This document shows, one piece after another, positions 1 through 10,612 of a DNA stretch of 64,000 bases (position 1 is the first letter of the stretch; each line of letters begins with the position of its first letter). Below the pieces are notes generated by a model. The model had not been told where the DNA came from, ran no database searches, and saw only the letters and a list, made by a program, of their open reading frames with translations. The translations under genes and the position numbers were made by a program. Source of the DNA: an uncultured virus (IMG/VR IMGVR_UViG_2236876025_000003) (taxonomy: Duplodnaviria > Heunggongvirae > Uroviricota > Caudoviricetes); IMG/VR virus record IMGVR_UViG_2236876025_000003. One strand, 5' to 3'.

Positions 1-490
1 CCTTGATTTCATTGAACTTCTTATCTGAAAGTCCATGACCTACGCATGGCTTAATTGCGTCAATAAATTCTGCCTTTACCTGATCAATGCGTCCAGTAGC
101 CGCAAGAATTTGTTCAGCCTTGCTGATACCTGTCTGGTTATTGCCGCTGATGAATTCTTCAATAATGTCTGAAAGCTGAGTTCCTGCAGCGTCACCATAA
201 GCTTCATCCATTTTTTTTACGCCGAATCCATGGTTCGTAACGATTTCCATCGCTTCTTCGAGTGTCATACTGTCATCTCCGTTATAATTTTCAGTTTTTA
301 CCTGATTATGAATATTGTCATAAATTGCTGCAGCGCATTCATATGCCTTGAACTTATCAAGATAAAAGTCTCTTACATACGAATCAATAGTATGCATAAT
401 ATTCGTAATTTCTACGCCCTTTCTTATAAGATATTTTATTACCAGATTTTTGTATTTTTCATACGCTTTTTCAAAATATGCTTCGTTCAT
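1..490 (-). CDS. Hypothetical late protein, runs off window start
   Basis: Manual translation MNEAYFEKAYEKY...MTLEEAMEIVTNHGFGVKKMDEA..., open to base 1; AAGGA SD and late promoter (TATTTATA 507-514) upstream. Confidence 0.75.
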   Translation of the reverse strand, partial: MNEAYFEKAYEKYKNLVIKYLIRKGVEITNIMHTIDSYVRDFYLDKFKAYECAAAIYDNIHNQVKTENYNGDDSMTLEEAMEIVTNHGFGVKKMDEAYGDAAGTQLSDIIEEFISGNNQTGISKAEQILAATGRIDQVKAEFIDAIKPCVGHGLSDKKFNEIK

Positions 491-578
491 AATATTTCCT
501 TTTTATTATTTATAATTATGACGGCTAAAATTCAAAATTATTCCATAAATATATAAATAAGATATAAGAGGATTTATA

Positions 579-971
579 ATGGCTAGTTTTTCAAAATATG
601 TAGAAGAAGAAATTCAGCATTCCATGAATGAAAATACTTCACAGATTGGTCTTACCGACGTATTTTCCGGTTCCCCTGTAATGGGCCCGCATCATCACGA
701 ATACTGGATTTATGACGAAACCGGTTACGGTAGAACAAGCGATTCTATCAACGAACCGTCTAACTTAAATGCTGAGACGCCTATTACGTCAGTCGGCGGA
801 CACATCCATTTCATCAATAACGGAGTTGTCGTTCCTGCAGGCGATGGTCATACACATAAGCTTCTCGCGCCACAAAAAGTAGACGCTGACACCAAGATTT
901 TTAGCCATAAGTGCAAAGACGGTCAGTGCTGCTGCGGAGACACGGTAGAAACGCCTATTAGAGGAATTTAA
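579..971 (+). CDS. His-rich (HxH repeat) putative metal-binding late protein
   Basis: HHHEY, GHIH, GHTH motifs and a Cys cluster; TATAAATA 552-559 and GAGG SD. Confidence 0.6.
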   Translation: MASFSKYVEEEIQHSMNENTSQIGLTDVFSGSPVMGPHHHEYWIYDETGYGRTSDSINEPSNLNAETPITSVGGHIHFINNGVVVPAGDGHTHKLLAPQKVDADTKIFSHKCKDGQCCCGDTVETPIRGI

Positions 972-990
972 TTTATCTCCTTATTAAAAT

Positions 991-1019
991 AAAACCGAGA
1001 TTTTTAATCTCGGTTTTTT
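991..1019. terminator. Bidirectional intrinsic terminator
   Basis: AAAACCGAGATT-ttt-AATCTCGGTTTT between convergent genes. Confidence 0.8.
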
Positions 1020-1020
1020 A

Positions 1021-2094
1021 TTATAGCTGATAGCCGTAAATTTCCGACGGATCAGGCTGAGGCATATCGGCAGCGTTATCTGAACTTACTGTACAAGATA
1101 ATGTAAGTCTATTTTTCATTATATTGGGCGATTTACCACCTGTTGGAAGTGGCCATACTTTTTGCGTTACTGTTGCCGACGTGAATACTGCCGAATATTC
1201 ACCGCTATACTCGGTGAAGAAATCATGAAAATATGCAACCTGTATATCGCTGCCAGCTACTTTGAATATGCTTGCAGTTGCTGGACTATAGACAGATTTA
1301 TCATAATCGGCAGATACTTTAACACCCCTGTCCGGGTCATACCAATATGAATCTATTTTTATATTGTTCGTATTTTCCGGCGCATACAGTATGGCAGAAG
1401 CTTCGTAGCCATCTTTTATGGCAGAAGGACCGATATACAGTCCATTTACCGTTTCATCGTAGTTAAAATTGGCGCTTAAATTAATATTGTTATCATTGAA
1501 TACGTTATTAAAATTATAACCGGATGTCGGCAATAGTTTTGTAGTGTCATTTTCAGGATTGACTATTCTCGAATGGTCTGTTCCGAAAACCGAATCGGTG
1601 CCCTGCGCATTAGACTTTACGATAGTATAATTATCGCTGCGCCTGATTGACGGTAAAAAACTCGCGCGCAATTCAAAATTCTCGGTAATGCCGTTCAACT
1701 TGAACGTTACCATTATTTTTGCCATATCGAAGCTGACAACCGTCCTTTCATTATGTCTGTAAGTCGGCATCAAGTAGACAGTAATGCTGTTGACCGTATT
1801 CGAGAACACATAACCGCCGTTCTTTACAAGATTCGCCTCTATTTTCTTAATCTGGTTTTCTTCATAATGTACGTAGTCAAGGCTATATCCTAAATCCTGA
1901 ACTACTGCATTGTTGATAGGAATACCATAGGCGTCATTTATTACTATACTGTTCAATGTAAACGGATTCATGATGTCAATCGAAAAGTCTTCCGTATATA
2001 TTATATTATATGGAATACCGTTAGGAAAATAAATAGTTCCCTTATAAATCCAGCCATCATCTAAATATTCATTCTTTATAGTATAGTCTATCAT
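1021..2094 (-). CDS. Hypothetical protein, probably virion-associated
   Basis: 357-aa ORF with late promoter (TATTTATA 2107-2114) and GAGG SD. Confidence 0.6.
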   Translation of the reverse strand: MIDYTIKNEYLDDGWIYKGTIYFPNGIPYNIIYTEDFSIDIMNPFTLNSIVINDAYGIPINNAVVQDLGYSLDYVHYEENQIKKIEANLVKNGGYVFSNTVNSITVYLMPTYRHNERTVVSFDMAKIMVTFKLNGITENFELRASFLPSIRRSDNYTIVKSNAQGTDSVFGTDHSRIVNPENDTTKLLPTSGYNFNNVFNDNNINLSANFNYDETVNGLYIGPSAIKDGYEASAILYAPENTNNIKIDSYWYDPDRGVKVSADYDKSVYSPATASIFKVAGSDIQVAYFHDFFTEYSGEYSAVFTSATVTQKVWPLPTGGKSPNIMKNRLTLSCTVSSDNAADMPQPDPSEIYGYQL

Positions 2095-2119
2095 AAAACC
2101 TCTAATTATTTATAAGATA

Positions 2120-2150
2120 AAAAGGGCGGCATAAAAGCCGACCCCTTTTT
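2120..2150 (-). terminator. Intrinsic terminator downstream of tail sheath
   Basis: GC-rich imperfect hairpin GGGCGGC-ataaaa-GCCGACCC flanked by A and T runs. Confidence 0.7.
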
Positions 2151-2166
2151 AAATCTGTATGTTAGA

Positions 2167-5100
2167 TTAGCCACGGCCAGTGGTTTCGTCCATGGACATA
2201 CCCTTCTGACGGTTGATGAAGATCTTGATATCGATGAATTCGATTGCACTTGTCGGGTAAACAATGATGTTTACGTTCATGATTGTCGGATCGTCGTCGT
2301 CAATCGTTACGCTGACTTCGTATCTGTCGATACCGCCTGCAGCCTTGACTCTCTGCAAGAATGCGTCGATGTCATTTCTAGCAGCGCTTCTGGTGCTCGT
2401 ATTGTTCTGTTGGAACAAATACGGAGTCATCATGTGTTCAAGAATCTTCTCGATGTAGTTCATACAGCGACGGACATTGATACGGTTCAAGAGGCTATTC
2501 TTCTTGAGTGCAGTTTTCTGACCCCAAAGAATAACGCCGTAATTACCGCAGTCACGTGTAGTATTGACGTTATTGTCATAAAGTTCGCCGATTTCATCAT
2601 CGGTCAAGCGGAGCAACTGTCCGTTAGCATACGGGATTGTACCGTTTGAAACGCCAGCTGGAGCCATCCAAGGATAAACAAACGTATCGCAATGTGCCAT
2701 AGCGCAAGCGCCAGCAACAGACTTCGGCAAGTAAATCCAGGATGCTACGTCACCGTTGTAATACTTATCATAGCCACCGTATTCAGCGACATAGGAAGCA
2801 TTGTTGAAGGTGAACATCTTAGATTCAGATACCATCTGCTTACCGGTCCTACAGGACTTAGAAGTTACCTGAATTACGCCGATATCCTGCTTACGATTAC
2901 CAGCGATTTCTGCAATCTTTCTCTGGAGAGCGTTATAACGCTGACGGCCGTTGAAAGTTTCAATAGCGTCTACGTTGAACAAGATATCGAACGGAGAACG
3001 AACGCGGTCCTTGTAAAGGTTGAGCGCTGCAGTCTTTTCAGAAACATTGTCCTTTGTAGAGTTCTTACCGCCAGTCAAAGCGTAAATTGCGAACGTCTGT
3101 GCCGGCTGTGCATAATTGCCAACGCGGTCAACTGCGTCGCTTACAGAGGCGCGGGAAACATAAATGTAATCGGAATGACCGTTAACTACGTTCGGAACGT
3201 AGAGACTGTTACCTTCGTCATCCTTTGCATACGGGTCAGTAGATACCAAGAAGCTTTCGACTGGAGTCTTGAGAAGAGCATCCATGCCTGTGCCCCATGC
3301 TGCCTTAGCAGTCTGGTTCTTGTTCTTAACGTATACGTTAATCTTGAAAACCTTCTTCCAGGTCAAGTCTGCCGTACCGTCGTCGTCATTTACCTGGTCT
3401 TCGTCGTCATACTTATACTTCCAGTTGAAACCATAAGTTCCCTGAAGTGCCGGAATATCTGCGCATGCAGTAGTAATGATGCTAATACCGACATCGTTAC
3501 CATATTCACCCGGACCGATAGCTGCGATAACAAGCTGGTCATTGAATACGGACTTATACTTTTCAATATCACCGTTACCCGGTTCGTCCATAGATTCAGT
3601 CTTGATGGTATAACCGTCAGCGTAAGTCTTGTCAACGGAATTCAAGATGTAAGAAGTAGGCGTAGCAACGATGTTGTTTACCATATTCTTATCTGCGCCG
3701 TCTTCGATTACAGTATCTTGTTGAATCGGAAGGTCGATCATGCTCGGTTCACCATTCTTGATATTAAATACGCTGTTGATCAAGAGCTTCTTGCTATCGG
3801 CTTCTACGTAACGAATAAAGAGCTTATCTTCGATGTTAGTAGTATAAATGTCTCTTTCAGTGAAGTTTTCCTTAACAAGCTTTTCAACATGATAGTTATC
3901 ACGCGGGCTATAGTAATTAAGATAGAAATACTTGCTTACTTCAGCGACATCGGAAATACCGAGCCTATCGAGTAAAGCTATAGCAAGATCCTTGGGCGAC
4001 TTCACTGTACCGTATTCGTCTTCAATCGGGTCTGTAGTCGTAACTCTGCCGTCGTACATTTCTTTAATGTTAGCACAGAATACGACATCTTTCGTTGTGC
4101 TCGGTCTAGTATCTTCATTGATACCGGCAATATCATAGGAAGGATCAACCTGATTATATTCCGTATATTTTACGCCATATGCGAAACCTACCAAGTTTTC
4201 GTTGTTCACATCTTTCAACGATTCTTCGTCGACGTAATAAGTCTTCTTGATTTCCGGGTCGTCCCAGTCGATGACTTCCAAACGGAGTGCTTCGGTATAG
4301 CCATAACCATCCTTGTACGGGTCAGTCCAAGATCCAGACCATGAACCTGCCGGATAGAAGTTTTCTTCCTTGAACAATTCATTATAATGAACTGCAGAAT
4401 TATCCTGAATAACGCCTCTTGGTGACTGGAACTTAATAACCATGTCACCCTGACCATCTAATGTGGCGCTTGACGGAACCAAAACCTTTACATAATCATA
4501 ATCGTCTGTCCTAGATTCAACAGCTGCCATTGCGCTAGAAGTCCAGGCATCTTCAGTAATCATGAGCTTGGTCTGCATCGTTTTCGGATTGCCGTTATCG
4601 AAAACCGTTTCCGGATAGATAACATGATAGCCCTTATTTGTCTGAACACCATCGAATTCAGTGCTTGTAGACTTAAAGATAATCCTGTCTTCACCTTCTG
4701 TCAAGATATCACGGAAAGTACCGTATAATGCGCCCTGAACAAGCGTATAACCAGATACAGTTTCTCCGCCGCCTTTGTTGAACGCGTCATCCCATTCAGT
4801 ACCGACAAGGCCATCATAGCCATTGGCGGACAATGCCTGAATCAAAGCGAGATTGTTCAAGCCTTGATTATCAACAAATTCCAATTTTGCAGTGGTCTTG
4901 GACTTGTTTGTCGCGGTCACTGGAGCATTTTCATAAGTAAACTGAATCTGTGCGTACTGTTCGTCACCCATAGTTGCACGAACTGCATACATCTGAGTTG
5001 AATTAGCGAAATAGTTTTCCGCTGCGAAGTGACCATAGTCAGTTAAAGTTTCAGGCGCACCGAAAACTTCCTTAAACTGATTGTAATCATGAGTTACAAC

Positions 5101-5229
5101 TCTCTGATTAACCGGGCCTCTATTTGACTTAAGAACAATAGCGCCAACACCCATCGCTGGTGCTGCATCAGTCTGGATGCTATTGTCGATTTCGGTAGTT
5201 CTAATACCTGGAACGCTATATTTAGCCAT
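2167..5229 (-). CDS. Tail sheath protein (gp18-like) with large internal insertion
   Basis: N-term PGIRTTEID, RGPVN, FKEVFG; C-term PWMAPAG, WGQKT, RINVRR, PTSAIEFI. Confidence 0.95.
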   Translation of the reverse strand: MAKYSVPGIRTTEIDNSIQTDAAPAMGVGAIVLKSNRGPVNQRVVTHDYNQFKEVFGAPETLTDYGHFAAENYFANSTQMYAVRATMGDEQYAQIQFTYENAPVTATNKSKTTAKLEFVDNQGLNNLALIQALSANGYDGLVGTEWDDAFNKGGGETVSGYTLVQGALYGTFRDILTEGEDRIIFKSTSTEFDGVQTNKGYHVIYPETVFDNGNPKTMQTKLMITEDAWTSSAMAAVESRTDDYDYVKVLVPSSATLDGQGDMVIKFQSPRGVIQDNSAVHYNELFKEENFYPAGSWSGSWTDPYKDGYGYTEALRLEVIDWDDPEIKKTYYVDEESLKDVNNENLVGFAYGVKYTEYNQVDPSYDIAGINEDTRPSTTKDVVFCANIKEMYDGRVTTTDPIEDEYGTVKSPKDLAIALLDRLGISDVAEVSKYFYLNYYSPRDNYHVEKLVKENFTERDIYTTNIEDKLFIRYVEADSKKLLINSVFNIKNGEPSMIDLPIQQDTVIEDGADKNMVNNIVATPTSYILNSVDKTYADGYTIKTESMDEPGNGDIEKYKSVFNDQLVIAAIGPGEYGNDVGISIITTACADIPALQGTYGFNWKYKYDDEDQVNDDDGTADLTWKKVFKINVYVKNKNQTAKAAWGTGMDALLKTPVESFLVSTDPYAKDDEGNSLYVPNVVNGHSDYIYVSRASVSDAVDRVGNYAQPAQTFAIYALTGGKNSTKDNVSEKTAALNLYKDRVRSPFDILFNVDAIETFNGRQRYNALQRKIAEIAGNRKQDIGVIQVTSKSCRTGKQMVSESKMFTFNNASYVAEYGGYDKYYNGDVASWIYLPKSVAGACAMAHCDTFVYPWMAPAGVSNGTIPYANGQLLRLTDDEIGELYDNNVNTTRDCGNYGVILWGQKTALKKNSLLNRINVRRCMNYIEKILEHMMTPYLFQQNNTSTRSAARNDIDAFLQRVKAAGGIDRYEVSVTIDDDDPTIMNVNIIVYPTSAIEFIDIKIFINRQKGMSMDETTGRG

Positions 5230-5341
5230 AAATTTTCCTCTTATTAAATATTAATAACCAACAATTCACAATTTTTCACAATTTGATATATAATTATTTA
5301 TGAAGAAATTTCTAAATTTTTCATATTTAGCCCAACTATTA

Positions 5342-5349
5342 TATAAATA
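5342..5349 (+). promoter_or_regulatory. T4-type late promoter
   Basis: TATAAATA upstream of tail tube gene. Confidence 0.75.
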
Positions 5350-5381
5350 ATAAAGAAATATAAAATTTAGGAGAATTTATA

Positions 5382-5978
5382 ATGGCTGGAAAGAAATATG
5401 ATACCACCAAAAGCGTATGGGGCGAATTGTCAACTAACGTCGACGTAATGAAACAGTTCCTGTTCGACGTCCGCTTCGAATACGAAAGCGATTCTGCCTT
5501 GACTCCGATTCTTGACAAAGATGACTTTATGATTAAGGCAAGAAGCGCTACTATACCGCAAAAATCATTCAACGAACTCGAAACCAACTACATGGGCATG
5601 AAGCTTCTTTATCCAGGCAAGGCAACCGTTACAGGCGACTTTACTGTTACCTGGGATGAATTCCAGGATAACTCTATCTCTATCGCGCTCCATAAGTGGT
5701 CCAACCTTCTCATGAACCAGGGCTTTAATGAAGATATCGGCGGTTCGAGCAATAATATCACCGGCGGTGCAGTTGCTAACTATGCATCAGCTTACACCTG
5801 CACAGTAGAACTCCTCGTCTATAGCTCTACGCTCAAGACATTGCTTCCAATTAAATGGCGTCTTTACCGTGTATGGCCGAAATCAATCAATAGCTTCCAG
5901 CTCGATCACAACGGCGATGCGAAAGTTACACGTGAAGCTACATTCAGCTACAGCAACTTCGAAATAATCTACACGTAA
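5382..5978 (+). CDS. Tail tube protein (gp19-like)
   Basis: ARSATIP, YMGMKLLYPGK, WPKSI, TFSY pattern; next to sheath; AGGAG SD. Confidence 0.85.
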   Translation: MAGKKYDTTKSVWGELSTNVDVMKQFLFDVRFEYESDSALTPILDKDDFMIKARSATIPQKSFNELETNYMGMKLLYPGKATVTGDFTVTWDEFQDNSISIALHKWSNLLMNQGFNEDIGGSSNNITGGAVANYASAYTCTVELLVYSSTLKTLLPIKWRLYRVWPKSINSFQLDHNGDAKVTREATFSYSNFEIIYT

Positions 5979-5995
5979 TTAATTATATACAATAT

Positions 5996-6027
5996 AAAAA
6001 ACCGGTTGTCAAAACCGGTTTTTATTT
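5996..6027. terminator. Bidirectional intrinsic terminator
   Basis: AAAAACCGGTT-gtcaa-AACCGGTTTTT between convergent tube and portal genes. Confidence 0.85.
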
Positions 6028-6042
6028 TCTCCACAATTTTAT

Positions 6043-7656
6043 TTAGAATCCTAAATCAGTGCCTTGGTCTGGCTCTTCGCCACCTTCATTGGCGTTAGCC
6101 TCCATTTCTTCTCGCATCTGCTTGATTTCGCTTTCAAGCATCTTAGAATTCAATAAGATATCCTGAGTAGACATACCGAGAATCCTTTCCAAGAAGAACT
6201 GCTTAGAGAACAACGGTGCAAGTTCTTCAGCGCCTGGTTTAATATTCGTAGATGTCGGCAAGAACTGAGACAATGTACCGATAACGGAACCACGTTTTTC
6301 AGCCAAGTTCAAGTCTCTCATGCGTTCGAAATCTGTTGCCGGATTCAAGTCGATGTTATATAAGGCGCTGTCAAGGAACTTTTCCTTATAACCGCTTACT
6401 CTCAAGTGCACAAGGAATACCTGTCTGATAATGTCAGCGAAGCGCCTACGCAATCTACGGTTTACTCTCTGGAATGCGACTTCTTCCATATTGGCTGCTT
6501 CAATACCGACATTATAGTTATTGCCGCCCATTTCGTCAGATTTCCATCTGGCTTGCGGAATGAACATGCCATCCATGACCATCTTCTGGAACATCCATAC
6601 ATCCTGCAACTGACCGTCGAATGTTGCACCGGATGCAAAAGTTTCAACCGTAGAACCATTTCCGGAGTCGTCTTTACTAAAGAAGAATTCTTCTGTCATG
6701 GCCTGGGTATTCTTAACCGAGCTAATCATACCGGTAGCATTATCGATTGTAAGGTTCTTCCTATACTTGTTAATCATTTCCTGGACTTTGGCTGCAGCTT
6801 TGTCAGGCGGCATACGTCCGGTATAGATATTAAAGTAACGGTGTTCGGTCGCACGAGTTATTCTATAAACCGTCAATGCGTCTTCGATATTTCTTAACTG
6901 ATTCAAAGGCCTGATAGAACGTTCCAAATGACCTCTGACATCGTTTCTGTTTGTCCAAGTTAATGGATAACGGACATATGCAATCTGGCTAGGCAAGAAC
7001 TTCTTGACTTCTTCAACCTTGTCTTTTTGCTGTGTCAAGTAATTGGTATTCTGAATAAAGCCATTGATATTTTCGGAATACTTGTCATATACAACTAACA
7101 TTGCATAAGGTGCCAACGTATTAATTCCGACAACCTTATCACCCGCGTCATTCAAACAGATTTCCCAATAAAGTTCAGAATCTACAAGCCACTTATAATA
7201 ATATTCCCAAATTCTTTCCTTACCGATAACGCAGTTAATAAGATAATCAAATTCTGTCTTCAATGTATCAAATTCAGCAGCGGTAAACTTTGACTTCCAT
7301 GCGTCTTCAATATCAAACTTTGCGACATTTCCCGCGGCATCAGGACAGACAGCTTCATCCGCCATCATATTAAGTGCCTTTGCCACGAGCGGATAAAGAG
7401 ACATATTGCGATACCAAGATATTTTTGACCATTTATTGGTAAATAGCGTCTCAAAAATAATATTATTCTGGTTGTAGTCCATGGCCGGATCTGTAAGGCC
7501 GTTATTCGAATAACCAGTAACAAGTTCATTCCAGTTAACCGGGTCTTCACCGATACCGAATGAATTTCGGGCAGCGACTACTGCACGCTGTTTAGCATGG
7601 TCAGGTGCCGTTTTTAAAAATTCAGAAGAAAATGGATTCCAAAATTGTATACTCAT
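6043..7656 (-). CDS. Portal protein (gp20-like)
   Basis: YRNM, WLVDSELY, NQLRNIEDALTVYRITRA, FNIYTGRMP, MTEEFF motifs; late promoter 7683-7690. Confidence 0.95.
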   Translation of the reverse strand: MSIQFWNPFSSEFLKTAPDHAKQRAVVAARNSFGIGEDPVNWNELVTGYSNNGLTDPAMDYNQNNIIFETLFTNKWSKISWYRNMSLYPLVAKALNMMADEAVCPDAAGNVAKFDIEDAWKSKFTAAEFDTLKTEFDYLINCVIGKERIWEYYYKWLVDSELYWEICLNDAGDKVVGINTLAPYAMLVVYDKYSENINGFIQNTNYLTQQKDKVEEVKKFLPSQIAYVRYPLTWTNRNDVRGHLERSIRPLNQLRNIEDALTVYRITRATEHRYFNIYTGRMPPDKAAAKVQEMINKYRKNLTIDNATGMISSVKNTQAMTEEFFFSKDDSGNGSTVETFASGATFDGQLQDVWMFQKMVMDGMFIPQARWKSDEMGGNNYNVGIEAANMEEVAFQRVNRRLRRRFADIIRQVFLVHLRVSGYKEKFLDSALYNIDLNPATDFERMRDLNLAEKRGSVIGTLSQFLPTSTNIKPGAEELAPLFSKQFFLERILGMSTQDILLNSKMLESEIKQMREEMEANANEGGEEPDQGTDLGF

Positions 7657-7762
7657 AGAATAAGCCGTTTATTAGTTTTCTATATTTATACTTTTAACCT
7701 CTAGTCTTTTGTATTTATTAGGCTTTAAAAGTATAAATATATTAACGAAAAAGGTCTAAATA

Positions 7763-10561
7763 ATGAATTATACAAATATAACTTACGAGCAGATTTTAAA
7801 ATCATTTAAAGACAGACTTGCATCTGACCCGAGATTTAAGAATATAGGTTCGTCGGCCATTTACGGGATGTTCATGGAAATGATTTCAGCAGTTACCGAA
7901 ATGACCAACTTCTATATTCAGAGAACGGCTGAAGAATCGTTTATAGAGACAGCAAGACTTGATTCCAGTGTCATCAAGCACGGTAAGAACCTCGGCTATA
8001 ATCCTAGACGTGCTGTACCTGCCCGTTGCGAATTGGCGATTAGACTTAAAGGCCCGCTTCCTAGCGTTCTTAGAGGCGGCGACGAAATTATATTCGGACA
8101 GAAGACAACTAAATTGTCATTCAACGGCTATAATTACATACTCGACAGCGGCTACAGCTATGTCCTTACCGAAGAAGACATTGAAAGCGGAAAAGCTTCA
8201 GACTGGTCTAAGACATTGACATTCTCAGTTCCGGCGGAAAATGCAGAATATTTACCGAGACTTGACTATAATGTATATAGTTCGGATTTCACGAACCCTA
8301 TCAAATGTTTTCAAGGCGAAGAAAGAACCGTAGAATTCCTTGGCACGGCAAATACTACCAGTTTAAATGAAACATGCCAATACTATGATATCAACGATCT
8401 TGAATTTTCTAACTGGTATGGCAAACGCGACCCGTTCAGTTTCAGAAATGGCGCATATAATAAAGAATACAGCTGGTGTAAAGTCGGTATTGGGAAAACC
8501 GAAGATGAAGCATTCAATATCGCCATAACTGACGAAGACAAAGACGGTCGTCCCGATGACCATCTTTATGCAGTCGAAGACCAATCTATTTTCTTAAACG
8601 ATGAAGTCGTAAAACTTGACGGCATAACGCCGGATGTTCCGAAAAAAGTATGCTTGATAGATACTAACTCGGACAAAACAGTTCGTGTCACGTTTAGTTC
8701 TGAAAGATATATTTGCGACTGCGGCTTAAAAACGGCAGACGAGAATCTTTATGTAAAATATATCGCTACGAAAGGTAAACAGGCTAATATCATCGGCGTA
8801 ACTGGTTCTATCATGACACATAGCAACAAGATTTATGTAAGTACACGAGGCAGCACGGTCGATGTAACCAACAATGTCCAGTTCATTATCAATTCCGACA
8901 TTTATGGTGGCGATGATTTCGAATCACAGGAAAGTATAAAGATTAATGCGCCTATGTATTTCTCTTCCCGCGGTAAACTTATCACGCATGACGACTATGT
9001 TTCTTATTTCAGGTCTCTGACATCACCTATCCAGGTACAGAATGCGCTGGTATTCGGTCAGGACCAGGTTGAAGACAATGGCGACAAGTTCCACACGTTA
9101 ATCCAGAATAACGTAATTTACTGCTTGCTCGGTCATCTCTACCTGAAAAATGACGGCAACTGGGATGTAAGGAACGTGCTTACCGGCGATACCAATGGAA
9201 GTGATGCATTTACGTTGTATGGCGAAGATTATTTGAATCATCTTGTCGACTATATGAAATTCATCTATTCATTTGAGGGCTTCTATAATAGTCAGCAAGG
9301 CAAGCCTGGTTCAAATACCGAACAGTGGCAGAGAAATATTCAGTTACTCAACGATGAAATGCATTATAAGGCCGAAATCCTTTCACGCCAATTCTCGCTA
9401 CCGCCATATATTCAATATTTTGACGCTGTTGGAACTGTTTATGTAAATGATTTGACCGATATCGAAAAATATACTAACGAGATGAAGAATAAAGTCTATG
9501 CTTACCTTGATAACAAGCTAAGTACCGACAGAAAAATTTATCGTTCTGAAATCATAAAGCTTTATAACGAGCATCCGGCTACCATAGCTGCAGATATCGA
9601 TTTCAAGGTTTCTGATATCGTTAAATCCGGCAATAAGCAGTTTAAATGGGGCGCGCCTAAGAATTCCTATGGCAAATATAACCTGTTTGATAATGGCGCA
9701 TGGTATGTAGTAAATGACCCGACAGAAGGTCCATCTGCTAGTGACTTGACTGGACATCCTTATAACGGAACAATCTGGAATGAATTATTCATCAATAAGA
9801 AAGACAGCTACGGCTCTACAATTGACACAGATATGTTCAATAGCACAGTAACTGTTATTTTTAGTGGCACCACAAGATTTAATGAGCCATTCACAAAAAC
9901 GATAACTGACAAATTTAATGCGACTGATGCCGGTAATTTTATCAAGCTTATTCCGTCTACGGCATATCTGACATATGTCGAATATGATGAAAACGAGCCA
10001 ATTTATATGGCAATCGACGTCGCTACCAATGACGACTTCTATTCCAGCACAGAACTTTCCAAAGGCAAATGGGAAACAGCATACGGCCTATCTAAAATCG
10101 ATGATTATGAAGCAATAATCCAGAAATTAACAGACTGGTTAAACGGCCTTCAGACAATCGATCAAGCAAACCGAGCTATTCCGTTGCCATATGAAGTCAT
10201 GACCAATACTGTACCGACTCGCAGTGAAACGATAATGCGTAAAGGCTATATCAAAACAGTAAATGAAAAAACGTTATCTGAATATACTTTCTGGAATTAT
10301 TTCGTTAAGGATATTCTTGACAGCTTCTATAGCGAAAAGGCTACTAATATAGTCAGATCTGAGTATATTACTGACGATACTGAATTCGACGCGGATATCT
10401 GGGTAAAAGCCAATAATTTAATCATGGATATTTATCGAAAGGTAAAATCCGGTATCTGTGACTCGATTCTTGACAACAATAACAATATTGTCAATTTCAG
10501 TACGGCTATGGAATGTGCCGCGTTATTCAATAAAATAACGGTCAAGCACTATAACAGATAA
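7763..10561 (+). CDS. Baseplate wedge subunit (gp6-like)
   Basis: ESFIETARLDSSVIKHGKNLGYNP, GGDDFESQESIKINAP, LITHDDY; late promoter 7732-7739. Confidence 0.9.
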   Translation: MNYTNITYEQILKSFKDRLASDPRFKNIGSSAIYGMFMEMISAVTEMTNFYIQRTAEESFIETARLDSSVIKHGKNLGYNPRRAVPARCELAIRLKGPLPSVLRGGDEIIFGQKTTKLSFNGYNYILDSGYSYVLTEEDIESGKASDWSKTLTFSVPAENAEYLPRLDYNVYSSDFTNPIKCFQGEERTVEFLGTANTTSLNETCQYYDINDLEFSNWYGKRDPFSFRNGAYNKEYSWCKVGIGKTEDEAFNIAITDEDKDGRPDDHLYAVEDQSIFLNDEVVKLDGITPDVPKKVCLIDTNSDKTVRVTFSSERYICDCGLKTADENLYVKYIATKGKQANIIGVTGSIMTHSNKIYVSTRGSTVDVTNNVQFIINSDIYGGDDFESQESIKINAPMYFSSRGKLITHDDYVSYFRSLTSPIQVQNALVFGQDQVEDNGDKFHTLIQNNVIYCLLGHLYLKNDGNWDVRNVLTGDTNGSDAFTLYGEDYLNHLVDYMKFIYSFEGFYNSQQGKPGSNTEQWQRNIQLLNDEMHYKAEILSRQFSLPPYIQYFDAVGTVYVNDLTDIEKYTNEMKNKVYAYLDNKLSTDRKIYRSEIIKLYNEHPATIAADIDFKVSDIVKSGNKQFKWGAPKNSYGKYNLFDNGAWYVVNDPTEGPSASDLTGHPYNGTIWNELFINKKDSYGSTIDTDMFNSTVTVIFSGTTRFNEPFTKTITDKFNATDAGNFIKLIPSTAYLTYVEYDENEPIYMAIDVATNDDFYSSTELSKGKWETAYGLSKIDDYEAIIQKLTDWLNGLQTIDQANRAIPLPYEVMTNTVPTRSETIMRKGYIKTVNEKTLSEYTFWNYFVKDILDSFYSEKATNIVRSEYITDDTEFDADIWVKANNLIMDIYRKVKSGICDSILDNNNNIVNFSTAMECAALFNKITVKHYNR

Positions 10562-10580
10562 TGACGCTTATATAAAAATT

Positions 10581-10612
10581 AAAAACCAGTCTTATTGACT
10601 GGTTTTTATTTT
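10581..10612. terminator. Bidirectional intrinsic terminator
   Basis: AAAAACCAGTC-ttatt-GACTGGTTTTT. Confidence 0.85.

Noticed and set aside
230..556. 108-aa plus-strand ORF
   Set aside because: Antisense to the minus-strand gene 490..1, which has an SD and a late promoter
2692..3975. 427-aa plus-strand ORF and many other antisense ORFs in the track
   Set aside because: Shadow frames of well-supported genes (sheath, portal, polymerase) with no motifs or expression signals
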